Source: a virus
Taxonomy: Duplodnaviria; Caudoviricetes
Virus record (IMG/VR): IMGVR_UViG_3300020045_005281
Coordinates: 1-37,671 of that record
Reading direction: 5' to 3' (one strand)
DNA length: 37,671 nucleotides
Positions 6,989-15,937 of the stretch are shown here, piece by piece. The notes beneath the pieces are model-generated. The model saw nothing but the letters and a program-made list of their open reading frames with translations, was not told the DNA's origin and searched no databases. The position numbers were made by a program, and so were the translations under genes. Within the stretch, counting starts at the first letter, position 1, and every line of letters starts with the position of its first letter.

Positions 6989-9900
6989 TTAATTAGGTAT
7001 CCTTAAAACTTTGTAACCTGTGCCGCCTGAATCTGCGGCTCCGACTGTCACTCTTTCAAGAGTCGCATTGTCCACGTCGTAAATCAAGAAGCGCGTGTTG
7101 CCAGCCGTGGCTGTGGCATCGAATCTGGCCGCTTCGGTACCGCCAGCTGCTACACCTACGCCGTTAGCCGCGGCCAAGAACATACCGCTATCGGTATCGT
7201 TAACGTACGACAACGAAGGGACTGAAACGGAGCCATCTAATAGCTGCGCTTGAGTACCGTTTAACGTCAGCGGCACTAACGAAGTAGTGGTAGTAGCGGC
7301 AATAGAGCCGAATTCTAGCTTTGTACCCCGCGCCGTAGAACTCCAGTTTTCAGTAGCTGTGGCAACTATGCTTGCGCCGGATTGCGGCGCGGCGGTTGTA
7401 GTATCGTAGCCCCTAAAATTTAACTGGCCGACGTTATTGCCGCTTACTATGTCCGTTGGTGACGACGTAAGAGACGTGTTGTAGCGTATGTAGCTGTTCT
7501 GCGGCGACCCATCTAACGCAAAAAACTCCGTGGTGTTATTGCCCGTATTTCCTGACGGGCCGAACTTATATCGTCTAGGCGCTGCGCTATCCCCTACCGG
7601 GTCACTTGCCAAACCGAACAGCACTAATCCGGTTGCGAAATCCGCAACTTTAACCCCGCCAACCGAAACACCGATATTGTCAGCGCCGATGCGGTAGATG
7701 CCGGTATCCGGGTCGTTTATGAAAGACTGACTGGGTTGCGTTACGGAACCGTCGCTTAATAGCAACTGCCCATCTGTCGAAACCCTGGCGCGAATAGTTC
7801 TAGTTGTGCTGCCAACAGCGGTGGTTTCGAATGTCAATTGAGTAGGGTGAGAAGTATTGCTCCAGTCGCCTCCTGGGGCTATGCCAAATAGGCCGGCGGA
7901 ACCCGTTGTCCACGTAGTGCCGTCATGGCCAGCCGCTCCCAAATAGCCCATGTAACCGATATTGGCGGACGTTATGGCGGTTGGGGAAGCATAAGTGCCG
8001 CCGGCCGATATGCACCGCGTTCCCAGGTTCAATGACGTGCCGATTGCCAGGTATTCAACCGACATAGCGGCGTTGCGCATAGCGATGGCAACAGCGTCAG
8101 ACGCAATCGCCGCGGCCGGCGGCGTCTGCGCATTTGGGTTTAGATAAACAAGCGCTCGATGGTCATGGATTCCGGTCCATGTAGGCGTTATCGACTGATC
8201 CAACGCCGGAGACGCATCGGAACGCATCGCCGTTACAGCGCTTCCGTTAACGGCCGTCAAGCCTACCGACGCAGTGGGGTTCGCAAAGTTCGCCGCTACC
8301 AACGTTGGGTTACCCCAAGTTGGCGCCGCGCTCGCGCCGCCTGAAAGTAGCGCCTGCCCGGAAGTTCCGTAAGTCGCGCCACCGATACCCCATTGGCCCG
8401 ATGCGCCGATCTGAAATTTGACCACACCGGCCGTGCTGAACCCCAATGTGTTAGCCGTCGAGGTAACGTACATGCCCGTATCGGTGTCGCCGCTGAACGA
8501 GAACGATGGCGCCGCGGCCGTGCCGTCTTGCCCGCGCCACGGCAACGTGCCAGTGAACGCAGTCGTGCTGAATGTAAGGCGCAGCGTTCCGCCGGTAGTA
8601 ACGCCGAACGTATCCTCGCTGATCCTATAAAGGCCGGTATTAGCGCCTACGTCGTTGTAGAACGCATAAGCGGGGGTAGACGCCGATCCATCATTCACGC
8701 GGATAGGCACCGCGCAATCAAGGCCGGTAACGCTGATATTGAATCGCTCAACGCCGCCGGTCGCAAACCTGAACTGGTCTAACGAGTTCGAATAAATTCC
8801 GGTGTCGGTATCCCCGCTAAAAGAAAACGCTGGTGCCCCGGCAGTTCCACCTTGACCGCGCCATGGTAGCGTTGCGATGTTTGCGACTGTCGAAATTCTT
8901 AGCCTTTCCACTCCATTTGTCGAAAATCCTAGAATATCCTCAGACACTCTGAACATTCCGGTGTTTGAGTCGCCGCTTATCCAAAAAGTAAATGACGGTG
9001 CCGACGCTGATCCGGTATTAGCCCTAAATGGAACGCCGGTATCCAATCCGAGCGAACCCCAATCACCCATATGAACGCCGCCGACAGTGAAAGCTAATTC
9101 ATCTGCCGAACCGCTTGACCCGCTGGCATCCTGCCAGAACATACCGGTTCCCGTATGCGCTGCGAACGAATAGGTGGGTGTCGCGTCACTGCCTATCGGC
9201 CCGCGCTGCGGCAGTGTGAATACAATGTCAGTCGTGTCTATATCCCATCGCAGAACGCCACCGGTCGTGAAGCCGAAATTGTCGGTTCCGAGTCGATAGA
9301 TACCGGTATTTGTGTCTGATGCAAAAGTAATGCTAGGCGCGGTATCGCTGCCATTTGCAAACAATACCGGATTGGTAAATGTATGGGTGCCAGTCCAAGT
9401 CGGGGAAAAACTTTGATCCACATCGGCCGTTATCGACGGCGTGCCATCGTTATATGTCAGGATGATTGACGACGTAGTAACGAGAATTCCGCCAACTGCA
9501 TCTTGTGCCGCTTCGTTGAAATCAGAAACATAATTGTGATCGATAGGAGAAAAAAGGATATTCAGAACGCCTAAACCGACGTCGGCAATATGCGGGATTG
9601 CATATTGAACGGTTCCCTCAATTGGCGATGGATTGTCGATCGCCTCAAACGCGTTGCCGAGCAATGATGTCGGCGGTTGTAGCGGTAATTTATTGTAAGG
9701 AATTGCCGCAATGGACAGACTCAAATTACTATTTGGCCCACCATCCGTGACAATGATGACCCCATCAGGATCATCTATTAAAACGCGCTCATGCGTTAGA
9801 AATCCGGCTGGAGTCGATGGCACGGCCAAAATATATGGCTGGCTGATTAACTGCTGAACGTCAATGCCTGAACTTATGGTTGCAGGAACGTCAGGCGTTC

Positions 9901-10036
9901 CGGTAATCGTGATACCTGTTCCTGATATCGCATTGCGCACATCAGCATTCGCAAGCACATCACGAATGAAGCGTGCAAACCAAGGCGCCGACCATTCATC
10001 CGGTATTCGATAATTGATATCCTGTAGCCCGCTCAC
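6989..10036 (-). CDS. Long tail fibre with about 8 internal repeats
   Basis: Repeats of G-S/T-x-x-x-P-x-x-x-F-x-x-D-x-x-T-G-x-Y/F...G-F-x-T-G-G; Gly/Ser/Thr rich; follows gp10-like gene. Confidence 0.85.
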   Translation of the reverse strand: MSGLQDINYRIPDEWSAPWFARFIRDVLANADVRNAISGTGITITGTPDVPATISSGIDVQQLISQPYILAVPSTPAGFLTHERVLIDDPDGVIIVTDGGPNSNLSLSIAAIPYNKLPLQPPTSLLGNAFEAIDNPSPIEGTVQYAIPHIADVGLGVLNILFSPIDHNYVSDFNEAAQDAVGGILVTTSSIILTYNDGTPSITADVDQSFSPTWTGTHTFTNPVLFANGSDTAPSITFASDTNTGIYRLGTDNFGFTTGGVLRWDIDTTDIVFTLPQRGPIGSDATPTYSFAAHTGTGMFWQDASGSSGSADELAFTVGGVHMGDWGSLGLDTGVPFRANTGSASAPSFTFWISGDSNTGMFRVSEDILGFSTNGVERLRISTVANIATLPWRGQGGTAGAPAFSFSGDTDTGIYSNSLDQFRFATGGVERFNISVTGLDCAVPIRVNDGSASTPAYAFYNDVGANTGLYRISEDTFGVTTGGTLRLTFSTTAFTGTLPWRGQDGTAAAPSFSFSGDTDTGMYVTSTANTLGFSTAGVVKFQIGASGQWGIGGATYGTSGQALLSGGASAAPTWGNPTLVAANFANPTASVGLTAVNGSAVTAMRSDASPALDQSITPTWTGIHDHRALVYLNPNAQTPPAAAIASDAVAIAMRNAAMSVEYLAIGTSLNLGTRCISAGGTYASPTAITSANIGYMGYLGAAGHDGTTWTTGSAGLFGIAPGGDWSNTSHPTQLTFETTAVGSTTRTIRARVSTDGQLLLSDGSVTQPSQSFINDPDTGIYRIGADNIGVSVGGVKVADFATGLVLFGLASDPVGDSAAPRRYKFGPSGNTGNNTTEFFALDGSPQNSYIRYNTSLTSSPTDIVSGNNVGQLNFRGYDTTTAAPQSGASIVATATENWSSTARGTKLEFGSIAATTTTSLVPLTLNGTQAQLLDGSVSVPSLSYVNDTDSGMFLAAANGVGVAAGGTEAARFDATATAGNTRFLIYDVDNATLERVTVGAADSGGTGYKVLRIPN

Positions 10037-11475
10037 GGGCGCGCGCCTACCGCGTCAAGTAGCGTATCCATCGTGAATAGTGGAACCGGGTCTGTCACTT
10101 CTACTCGGTAGACGCGATCATCAGATGATCCTAAATTCCACCACACGGCGCGCGCTTTATATTGCCCGCGGCGCCCAAGACTGCGCAGCGGCAGAGCTCT
10201 AAACGTATATCCGCCATCATCCGAAATCTTAAGAGTCGCAAGTGGGTTTTCGCCTTGCCCGGTAATGAGGCCAGCGCCGACATTTGTGCGGATCTGGAAC
10301 CGACGATGATTTACACGCGCACTTTCAGAATAGACGCCTTGATATGTCCATGATACGCGTTGTGGTTGATCATCATCAAATTCTGTAAACAGTTGATTGT
10401 CGAATTGTCCAATTTCACCAGTAATATAATCGCCGACGCATTGTTTTCCGTATGCCTCAATAACGCAACTAGGTCGCCAAATTCCAGCTCCTCCGATCTG
10501 GCTTTGTGAGTCTCTTTCGTGCCACTCATTGGTCGAGCAATCAAATACAATTGTGCGGCCGGCTGTTGGAAAAGTGAAGGCTGCCATAAGATGGCCGTCC
10601 TGCACATAGCTGAATGCATAGGCGTCGCTGATCACTGCTAAGCTGCCAATTATCCCATCAATGCCGTAATTGCTTACTTTAACGCCTGAAGTTCCTTGCA
10701 ATCTGCGAATGGTTTTATCGTTCGCCAGCCAAAATACTGAGTTGTCTTGTTTAGTAATCGCGCGACCCGCCGCGCACCCCATCTCTATGAATCCGTCTGG
10801 TGATCTAGAAAACGGCGAGCCGGTATCATTTGCAGCGTTGTACCAAACCTCCATTGTGGTTGATCCTGGCAGAATCAAGTCGCGATGGTCAGCAATCATT
10901 CCAACTAGATTATCCGGCGCCCCTTCTGCGGTAGCTACATCAAGCGCATTAAACGTCAGCGCATTTATTCCACTATTGAAAAATCGTGCAGAATCCAATA
11001 CGCGGAAAATGAAATAGCCATCTATATAGGCCACATCGCCAACACCACCAAAGCCAAGGAAAACCCCATCAGTTATTTGCGCGGCATCAGTGCTAGGAGT
11101 CTGATCGCTCCATGAATATGCAAGGCCAGTTTCAGGTACTACAATGACAAGATCGCCAACAGGATTGCAGGCCATCGAAACAAGTTCAGTGCCTGGTATG
11201 GTGCCGCGATCATCTACTTGACCATCATCGGCCACCTCGAAAAGCTTACTGCCGGCGACAGCATAGAGAACGCCGCCCATGACGAGTTGACCGCGAACGC
11301 GAGTATTCGCACCATCTTGAGCAGCAAACGGCGCAATGCCGGCACAACGCCGCAAAATCGCTTTCGATTTACCATCTGGCGGTGCTTGCTCAAAAAAACA
11401 ATTCAGGAGCCTAGCCGATGATGCCTGAGGCGAGGCTAGGGCATACGTCGCCAATGGCAAGGGAAGTGACGGCAT
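10033..11475 (-). CDS. P22 gp10-like packaged DNA stabilisation / tail hub protein
   Basis: 480 aa; DVAYIDGYFIF, ATAEGAPD, ISDDGGYTF, GRRGQY..R..W motifs. Confidence 0.88.
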   Translation of the reverse strand: MPSLPLPLATYALASPQASSARLLNCFFEQAPPDGKSKAILRRCAGIAPFAAQDGANTRVRGQLVMGGVLYAVAGSKLFEVADDGQVDDRGTIPGTELVSMACNPVGDLVIVVPETGLAYSWSDQTPSTDAAQITDGVFLGFGGVGDVAYIDGYFIFRVLDSARFFNSGINALTFNALDVATAEGAPDNLVGMIADHRDLILPGSTTMEVWYNAANDTGSPFSRSPDGFIEMGCAAGRAITKQDNSVFWLANDKTIRRLQGTSGVKVSNYGIDGIIGSLAVISDAYAFSYVQDGHLMAAFTFPTAGRTIVFDCSTNEWHERDSQSQIGGAGIWRPSCVIEAYGKQCVGDYITGEIGQFDNQLFTEFDDDQPQRVSWTYQGVYSESARVNHRRFQIRTNVGAGLITGQGENPLATLKISDDGGYTFRALPLRSLGRRGQYKARAVWWNLGSSDDRVYRVEVTDPVPLFTMDTLLDAVGARP

Positions 11476-11476
11476 T

Positions 11477-11890
11477 TCATATTCCGTTGAACGGATAGCC
11501 GCTAGATGACAACGGACCCAAGTCGGACATGGGGAGCTGCGTCATATCGCTCTCAAAATACTCAAGCGATTGTTTAGCGAGTGCCGCATAAAAATTCGTT
11601 GCCTGCACGATCAATGCCTGTATAGGTTCAATGCCGTATGACGGCGCAATATTCACGGCCAAGCAAAGAGTGACGCCAAGTTCAGCATATTCAGGGATTG
11701 GCATTGTCGCTTCTAAATCTGTTTGACGGTAGTAGCCAAGCCGGATGCCGTCGCGCTCCCACTCAGCGAGCATCTGATTAAGACGGCGCAGTGTCTTTTG
11801 TCCTTGTTCCGGGCTCGGAGCCTCATTGGCATCGATGACGTTAATTTCCTGCAGCGTATCGGTAATTAGGTCTATGACTGTTATCGACAT
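11477..11890 (-). CDS. P22 gp4-like head-to-tail adaptor
   Basis: DLITDTLQEINV...LRRLNQMLAEW..GI.LGY...LAVNIAPSYG. Confidence 0.85.
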   Translation of the reverse strand: MSITVIDLITDTLQEINVIDANEAPSPEQGQKTLRRLNQMLAEWERDGIRLGYYRQTDLEATMPIPEYAELGVTLCLAVNIAPSYGIEPIQALIVQATNFYAALAKQSLEYFESDMTQLPMSDLGPLSSSGYPFNGI

Positions 11891-11908
11891 GGCGAAAACT
11901 CCGAGATT

Positions 11909-12457
11909 CTACAAACTATATCTGGACGGCTTTATCGCTCGCAAAATAATGCGCAACTCGCGCGTATCATCCTGCATTAGTTCAGGTTCAAAGTCAGCTT
12001 GATACAAATATCGATAATCCGTCATCGATGTAATTCCTGCATTCTTGTCGTATATTGGCTGCTGTAAAAAGGAGAGACTTGCCGGCGTAATCGCGCGCAC
12101 ATTGCCAGGATCGCCCCAAAGCCAATCAGAACACGGGCTAGGAACGGTCGCATAAAGATGGCCGCCAGGTTTCAGCACGCGCCACAATGCAATGAACATG
12201 TCGAAAAATGACTTTGGATCGCCAGCCGTGCCAATTTGTTGCAATACATGATATGCATGCACCTCATCGAATAAGCTATCGCGATGCTGTGTCAATCCAT
12301 TCCGCCAAATTTCCTCATATGTTGGGTTCTGGTAGCTGGTCTGGCCAGTTCTACCTAGAAGTTTCGCGCGCAATTTTCCAATGACCAGCTCGCGATGCTC
12401 CGATGGCGTCGGAACGATCGATAGGCCAGCTTTAACCGCCTCTTTAACCGTACTCAT
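11909..12457 (-). CDS. Class I SAM methyltransferase-like protein (motif I degenerate)
   Basis: DSLFDEVHAYHVLQ...LWRVLKPGG..ATVP...GDP pattern of Methyltransf_11-type proteins. Confidence 0.75.
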   Translation of the reverse strand: MSTVKEAVKAGLSIVPTPSEHRELVIGKLRAKLLGRTGQTSYQNPTYEEIWRNGLTQHRDSLFDEVHAYHVLQQIGTAGDPKSFFDMFIALWRVLKPGGHLYATVPSPCSDWLWGDPGNVRAITPASLSFLQQPIYDKNAGITSMTDYRYLYQADFEPELMQDDTRELRIILRAIKPSRYSL

Positions 12458-13155
12458 GCGACGCTGCTCTGTGGATCAGATTTAATTAGCGGACCTGGAG
12501 CGGGTTGTGCGCCCATGTGTTTCGCTAGATTGCCAGTGAATGCAGTCAATCCGATGTGCTGGAAATCGATGTCCATTTCGACGTGGATATCTATGCCCAA
12601 ATTGCGCAACCGTTTGCAGAATACGAAATCCTCCCCCCAATACTCTCGGCCCTCTTGCACTAGGTCGAACACATTCGGAACCATTTTCTTTTCGCCTTGG
12701 TACTCCATTTGAATCTTAGGCACCGAGTCGGCGACGCGCTGCATAGTTCCTAAAGTGCACAACATAAAGCCGGTAGGAATTCGCTCTGCGCGCTGCACGC
12801 CATCTGCAATAGGACCGTCGTCGTATACGTACGGATATGTAGGCGATTTCGTCTTGAGCGGATAGACACCACCAATGACTTCCTTTTGACGGCCGATCAT
12901 TCGCAAAATGGCGGTAGGATCCCATCCCAAGTCGGAATCGATCCAGAGCAAATGCGTATAGGTTCCATCGTCCAAGAATTTAGCCGTTAGCCAGTTTCGC
13001 GCGAACTGTACCAGCGTAAAATGATTAGCAACCGCCAATTCCATCTGCACGCCATTGCATGCCAAGTGAAACGCGCTCGCTATATAGGACTGCAGAAACG
13101 GAATACACACCTGCCCTGTATAGGTCGGTGTCGCAGCCAAAATTCTAATGGTCAT
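12454..13155 (-). CDS. GT-A fold glycosyltransferase
   Basis: ATPTY, ARN, THLLWIDSD (DxD), PTGFML, GEDFVFC and HIG motifs. Confidence 0.85.
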   Translation of the reverse strand: MTIRILAATPTYTGQVCIPFLQSYIASAFHLACNGVQMELAVANHFTLVQFARNWLTAKFLDDGTYTHLLWIDSDLGWDPTAILRMIGRQKEVIGGVYPLKTKSPTYPYVYDDGPIADGVQRAERIPTGFMLCTLGTMQRVADSVPKIQMEYQGEKKMVPNVFDLVQEGREYWGEDFVFCKRLRNLGIDIHVEMDIDFQHIGLTAFTGNLAKHMGAQPAPGPLIKSDPQSSVA

Positions 13156-14402
13156 TGGATCCCCTTGGTAGCTGGTAAAACGGCAAAGCTATTGATCATT
13201 CCATAAGTTCGATTTCGCTCATGCGTCCATGTCTCAATAACTGACTGCAATGAAGCATCAACGTCATCAACAATCATGGCGGCACCATTGAGATGCTGCG
13301 AAAACAATTTCCGACGATCGCCTATATCTCGAGTCGGACCATCTGCAACAATTAAATCTGGATGGCCTGGAACATGCGGCAAATCATACCAGCCGTTAAC
13401 AATCGTTGTGCGAATAACGGTTATATTTCTGAATCCATGCAAGAGCGCTTCCGCTTCTATTTTATCTGCGTATTTGTCCGAATGTTCGACGCAATTGATT
13501 TGGCAGTTGGGATTCGCTGCAGCCATTACCAAAGTAGAAAGACCGCTACCATACTCGACGATTACGCTTGCATCTGCCGCGGCCTCAGCGCACGCGAAAA
13601 GCATCACAGCCGATGCGGAAAAATTGTTGCCGTAATCCTCGCGCAAACCGACAAACGTCTCCATGTCGCGGTTGCCTTTTTTGATGAGCTCTAGCCCATA
13701 GAGCGGCAGTCCAGCATTCTTGCGCAGGAACGCGCCATAGCACCCTGAGAATTCTTTCTCGCCGATATGTCCAAGGCGTGCCATTGGATCTATGAAAATT
13801 GATCCACCGATCGCACGCCATTTATGGCAGAACGAATAGTCGCCACTGAATCGGCGCCCATCTGTTGCAATAGTGCGCTCAAATAACATCGGCGTGCGCT
13901 CGGTGTCATCCTCACGCACTAGATAAGACTTTGAGACCGCAGCGACCGATTCTAGAACGTAGCGGCGAATCTTTAGGAATGCCGTCGGAACCCCTTCAAC
14001 TTCAATATGGCCATGCACGTTCGCATGTAATTCTGCGGTGTGCAAATGCCTGCACGGATAGGATTCGTCGTCTAATTTATAGCGCGCGATGCCGGCGACC
14101 ATATCCTCTGGCGCGGCAATTAAGCGTGCTAGATCATCAGCACGCCAAAGCATGTCGGCATCGATGAAAATTAGCTGTTGATAGCCTTCCTTTAGCACTT
14201 CTTTTGCCAAATCGTTGCGCGCGTCATCGACGTGGCAATGGCCCTGTAAGAGCATCAGGCCGCAGGAAATGCCGCGCGCCTGTAATTCCTTAATCGACGT
14301 CGCTAATGCGTAGACAAAAGCCAAACTGACAGACGCATAGGACGGAATCGCAAGACACGCATCCCGCGGAGTTTCGCCCGCGAGATGCATGAGCTTTGCC
14401 AT
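13152..14402 (-). CDS. GT-A glycosyltransferase fused to a class I SAM methyltransferase
   Basis: N-terminus: AIPSY, ARN, FIDAD, SGDYSFC, GHIG. C-terminus: VEYGSGLST, CVEH, DLIVADGP, IVDD. Confidence 0.85.
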   Translation of the reverse strand: MAKLMHLAGETPRDACLAIPSYASVSLAFVYALATSIKELQARGISCGLMLLQGHCHVDDARNDLAKEVLKEGYQQLIFIDADMLWRADDLARLIAAPEDMVAGIARYKLDDESYPCRHLHTAELHANVHGHIEVEGVPTAFLKIRRYVLESVAAVSKSYLVREDDTERTPMLFERTIATDGRRFSGDYSFCHKWRAIGGSIFIDPMARLGHIGEKEFSGCYGAFLRKNAGLPLYGLELIKKGNRDMETFVGLREDYGNNFSASAVMLFACAEAAADASVIVEYGSGLSTLVMAAANPNCQINCVEHSDKYADKIEAEALLHGFRNITVIRTTIVNGWYDLPHVPGHPDLIVADGPTRDIGDRRKLFSQHLNGAAMIVDDVDASLQSVIETWTHERNRTYGMINSFAVLPATKGIQ

Positions 14403-14614
14403 TAAGCAGCGCCTTTGATCAAGCCTAAATTAATCAAAGCCGTACGCATGGCATTGGCCAGTACCATTGTCGCTGTCAATTGCGTCCGTAGCACCGTAGT
14501 CGTTGCAGTTGCCGTGGCAGTGACCGCCGCCTGAGAAGCCGACGCCGGCTTAATAATTGGCGTAGCACCGAAAAAGCCTGTGGTATCGCTACCACCATAA
14601 CCGAGTTGTGACAT
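14402..14614 (-). CDS. Small Thr/Ala-rich virion protein (capsid decoration-like)
   Basis: Start re-assigned to MSQLGYGG with GGGAG SD; GFFGATP...ALINLGLIKG; directly after coat. Confidence 0.7.
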   Translation of the reverse strand: MSQLGYGGSDTTGFFGATPIIKPASASQAAVTATATATTTVLRTQLTATMVLANAMRTALINLGLIKGAA

Positions 14615-14628
14615 TGCGTAATACTCCC

Positions 14629-14659
14629 AAAAAAGAAGCGGCCCACCGAAGCAGGCCGC
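14629..14659 (-). terminator. Intrinsic terminator after the coat gene
   Basis: Minus strand reads GCGGCCTGC-TTCG-GTGGGCCGC then TTCTTTTTT. Confidence 0.8.
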
Positions 14660-14669
14660 AAAAGCGTTA

Positions 14670-15926
14670 CTAAGCGAGGCTGTGAACGAGCTTGCTAGCC
14701 CATTCAGGATAAATCGCCGCGCCACCCCAAGCGATGTCGAGACGGCACGGGAAGGTGCCGTTTGTGATATCGCCTTGACGCCAGATTCTCAGCGACAGGT
14801 TATCGAACACCTGACGCGTACCCCATGCACCGTACTCGCTCGGATCTTGCAAGTCTGCCGTCACGAATGCAAACGCGTCGCGATGGAAACCCAGGTTTTG
14901 TCCGTAGATAGTGCGGCCAGCGGTGGTCGCGCCAGATACAGACCCAAGCACCAAGATTGCCGCATTGTCGGCGATCGCGGTGCTGACGTTTTGATAGGCA
15001 CCAGCCAAAATAGGAGCCGGAGAAATCGTCAGCGTTCCAGTCGTTGTTCCTGAGGTAGATGCAGTAACAGTGAATTTCTTCAGTGTGCCATACACAGCCT
15101 TTGTTTCTGCTTGCACGTCATAGACGCCACCAATGGTGATGATGTCACCCTCGTTGAACGCGTAGGAAGTGGTTACATCGAACTTCAGGCCGAAAGTCGT
15201 GGTGTAGGCGTTATCGGTGCCTGCATAACCACCATCAGCAGTCGTCGATACGGTGCACGATAGCGTACCGTTGAACGTACCAGGCGTGAACGATGGGCAA
15301 AGAGTGTTCTCAAACACCTCAAAGCCACCCGTGCGGCCCATCATGCCGTCAACGTATTGCTTTTCGATCGCGTTAGAGCTCTGGAACAATCCTTTAACGT
15401 CTGTCGAGAAATCGACGCGCGTTTGCGGATTCATCGTCATTGTGCGAGGCGACGGCGGCGCCAGCGACTCAGACAAATACCGTCCCACAGTCTGAAACGA
15501 ATTGTACGTCGCATAGGTCGTGACCGAGCCAGCATACTGCGCGGTTTTCTTGAGCATTGCTGTCAAGAAAGCGCCCTCGACGGTCGCAGTGAGCTGCGAT
15601 ACCGCTGGATTGAGAACTTGCGTACTCAAATCCTCGATGCTGAACGTCATTTGCTCTTGCGTGATGTTCAGATCGATACCGTTGATCGTCGCCAATGGCA
15701 ACGCGACGGCGCGCTGTACGATGTTCTGTTGCGACATCGTGTTACCAGTGCGGGTCGTGTATTTAGGCGGCAAACGGACGTCAAGCGATTGGCCGATCTG
15801 CATATCCTTATTTGCGAATCGGTTATCATATTGACGGTTGACCTTTTGAATGAAATTGGAAGACTGATGCATGATCGCATAGCATTCCTTGAGAATGACG
15901 CTAGACGTCAGTAATGTGTTAGCCAT
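14670..15926 (-). CDS. Major capsid protein, P22 gp5-like
   Basis: MANTLLT..., VNRQYD, KIG-like IGQSLDVRLP, NLGFHRDAFAFVTADL, CRLDI.WG..IYPEWA; AGGAG SD. Confidence 0.92.
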   Translation of the reverse strand: MANTLLTSSVILKECYAIMHQSSNFIQKVNRQYDNRFANKDMQIGQSLDVRLPPKYTTRTGNTMSQQNIVQRAVALPLATINGIDLNITQEQMTFSIEDLSTQVLNPAVSQLTATVEGAFLTAMLKKTAQYAGSVTTYATYNSFQTVGRYLSESLAPPSPRTMTMNPQTRVDFSTDVKGLFQSSNAIEKQYVDGMMGRTGGFEVFENTLCPSFTPGTFNGTLSCTVSTTADGGYAGTDNAYTTTFGLKFDVTTSYAFNEGDIITIGGVYDVQAETKAVYGTLKKFTVTASTSGTTTGTLTISPAPILAGAYQNVSTAIADNAAILVLGSVSGATTAGRTIYGQNLGFHRDAFAFVTADLQDPSEYGAWGTRQVFDNLSLRIWRQGDITNGTFPCRLDIAWGGAAIYPEWASKLVHSLA

Positions 15927-15937
15927 TGCAAAAACTC

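Noticed and set aside
6989-10036. Fibre repeats as DGR template/variable repeats or an invertible shufflon
   Set aside because: No reverse transcriptase or invertase; the repeats are diverged protein-level repeats.
11909-14402. GT cluster as a DNA hypermodification pathway with the C5 methyltransferase
   Set aside because: No TET/JBP dioxygenase, hydroxymethylase or kinase recognised, and the GTs sit in the late head operon. Disfavoured rather than excluded.
11909-14402. gtrABC-like serotype conversion cassette
   Set aside because: No flippase or multi-TM GT, no separate promoter and no integrase seen.
14667-14725. Coat readthrough, stop recoding, or the 107-aa ORF overlapping the coat end
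   Set aside because: Coat ends TAG-TAA followed by a terminator; the downstream gene has its own SD and ATG at 14614; core genes are intact in the standard code.
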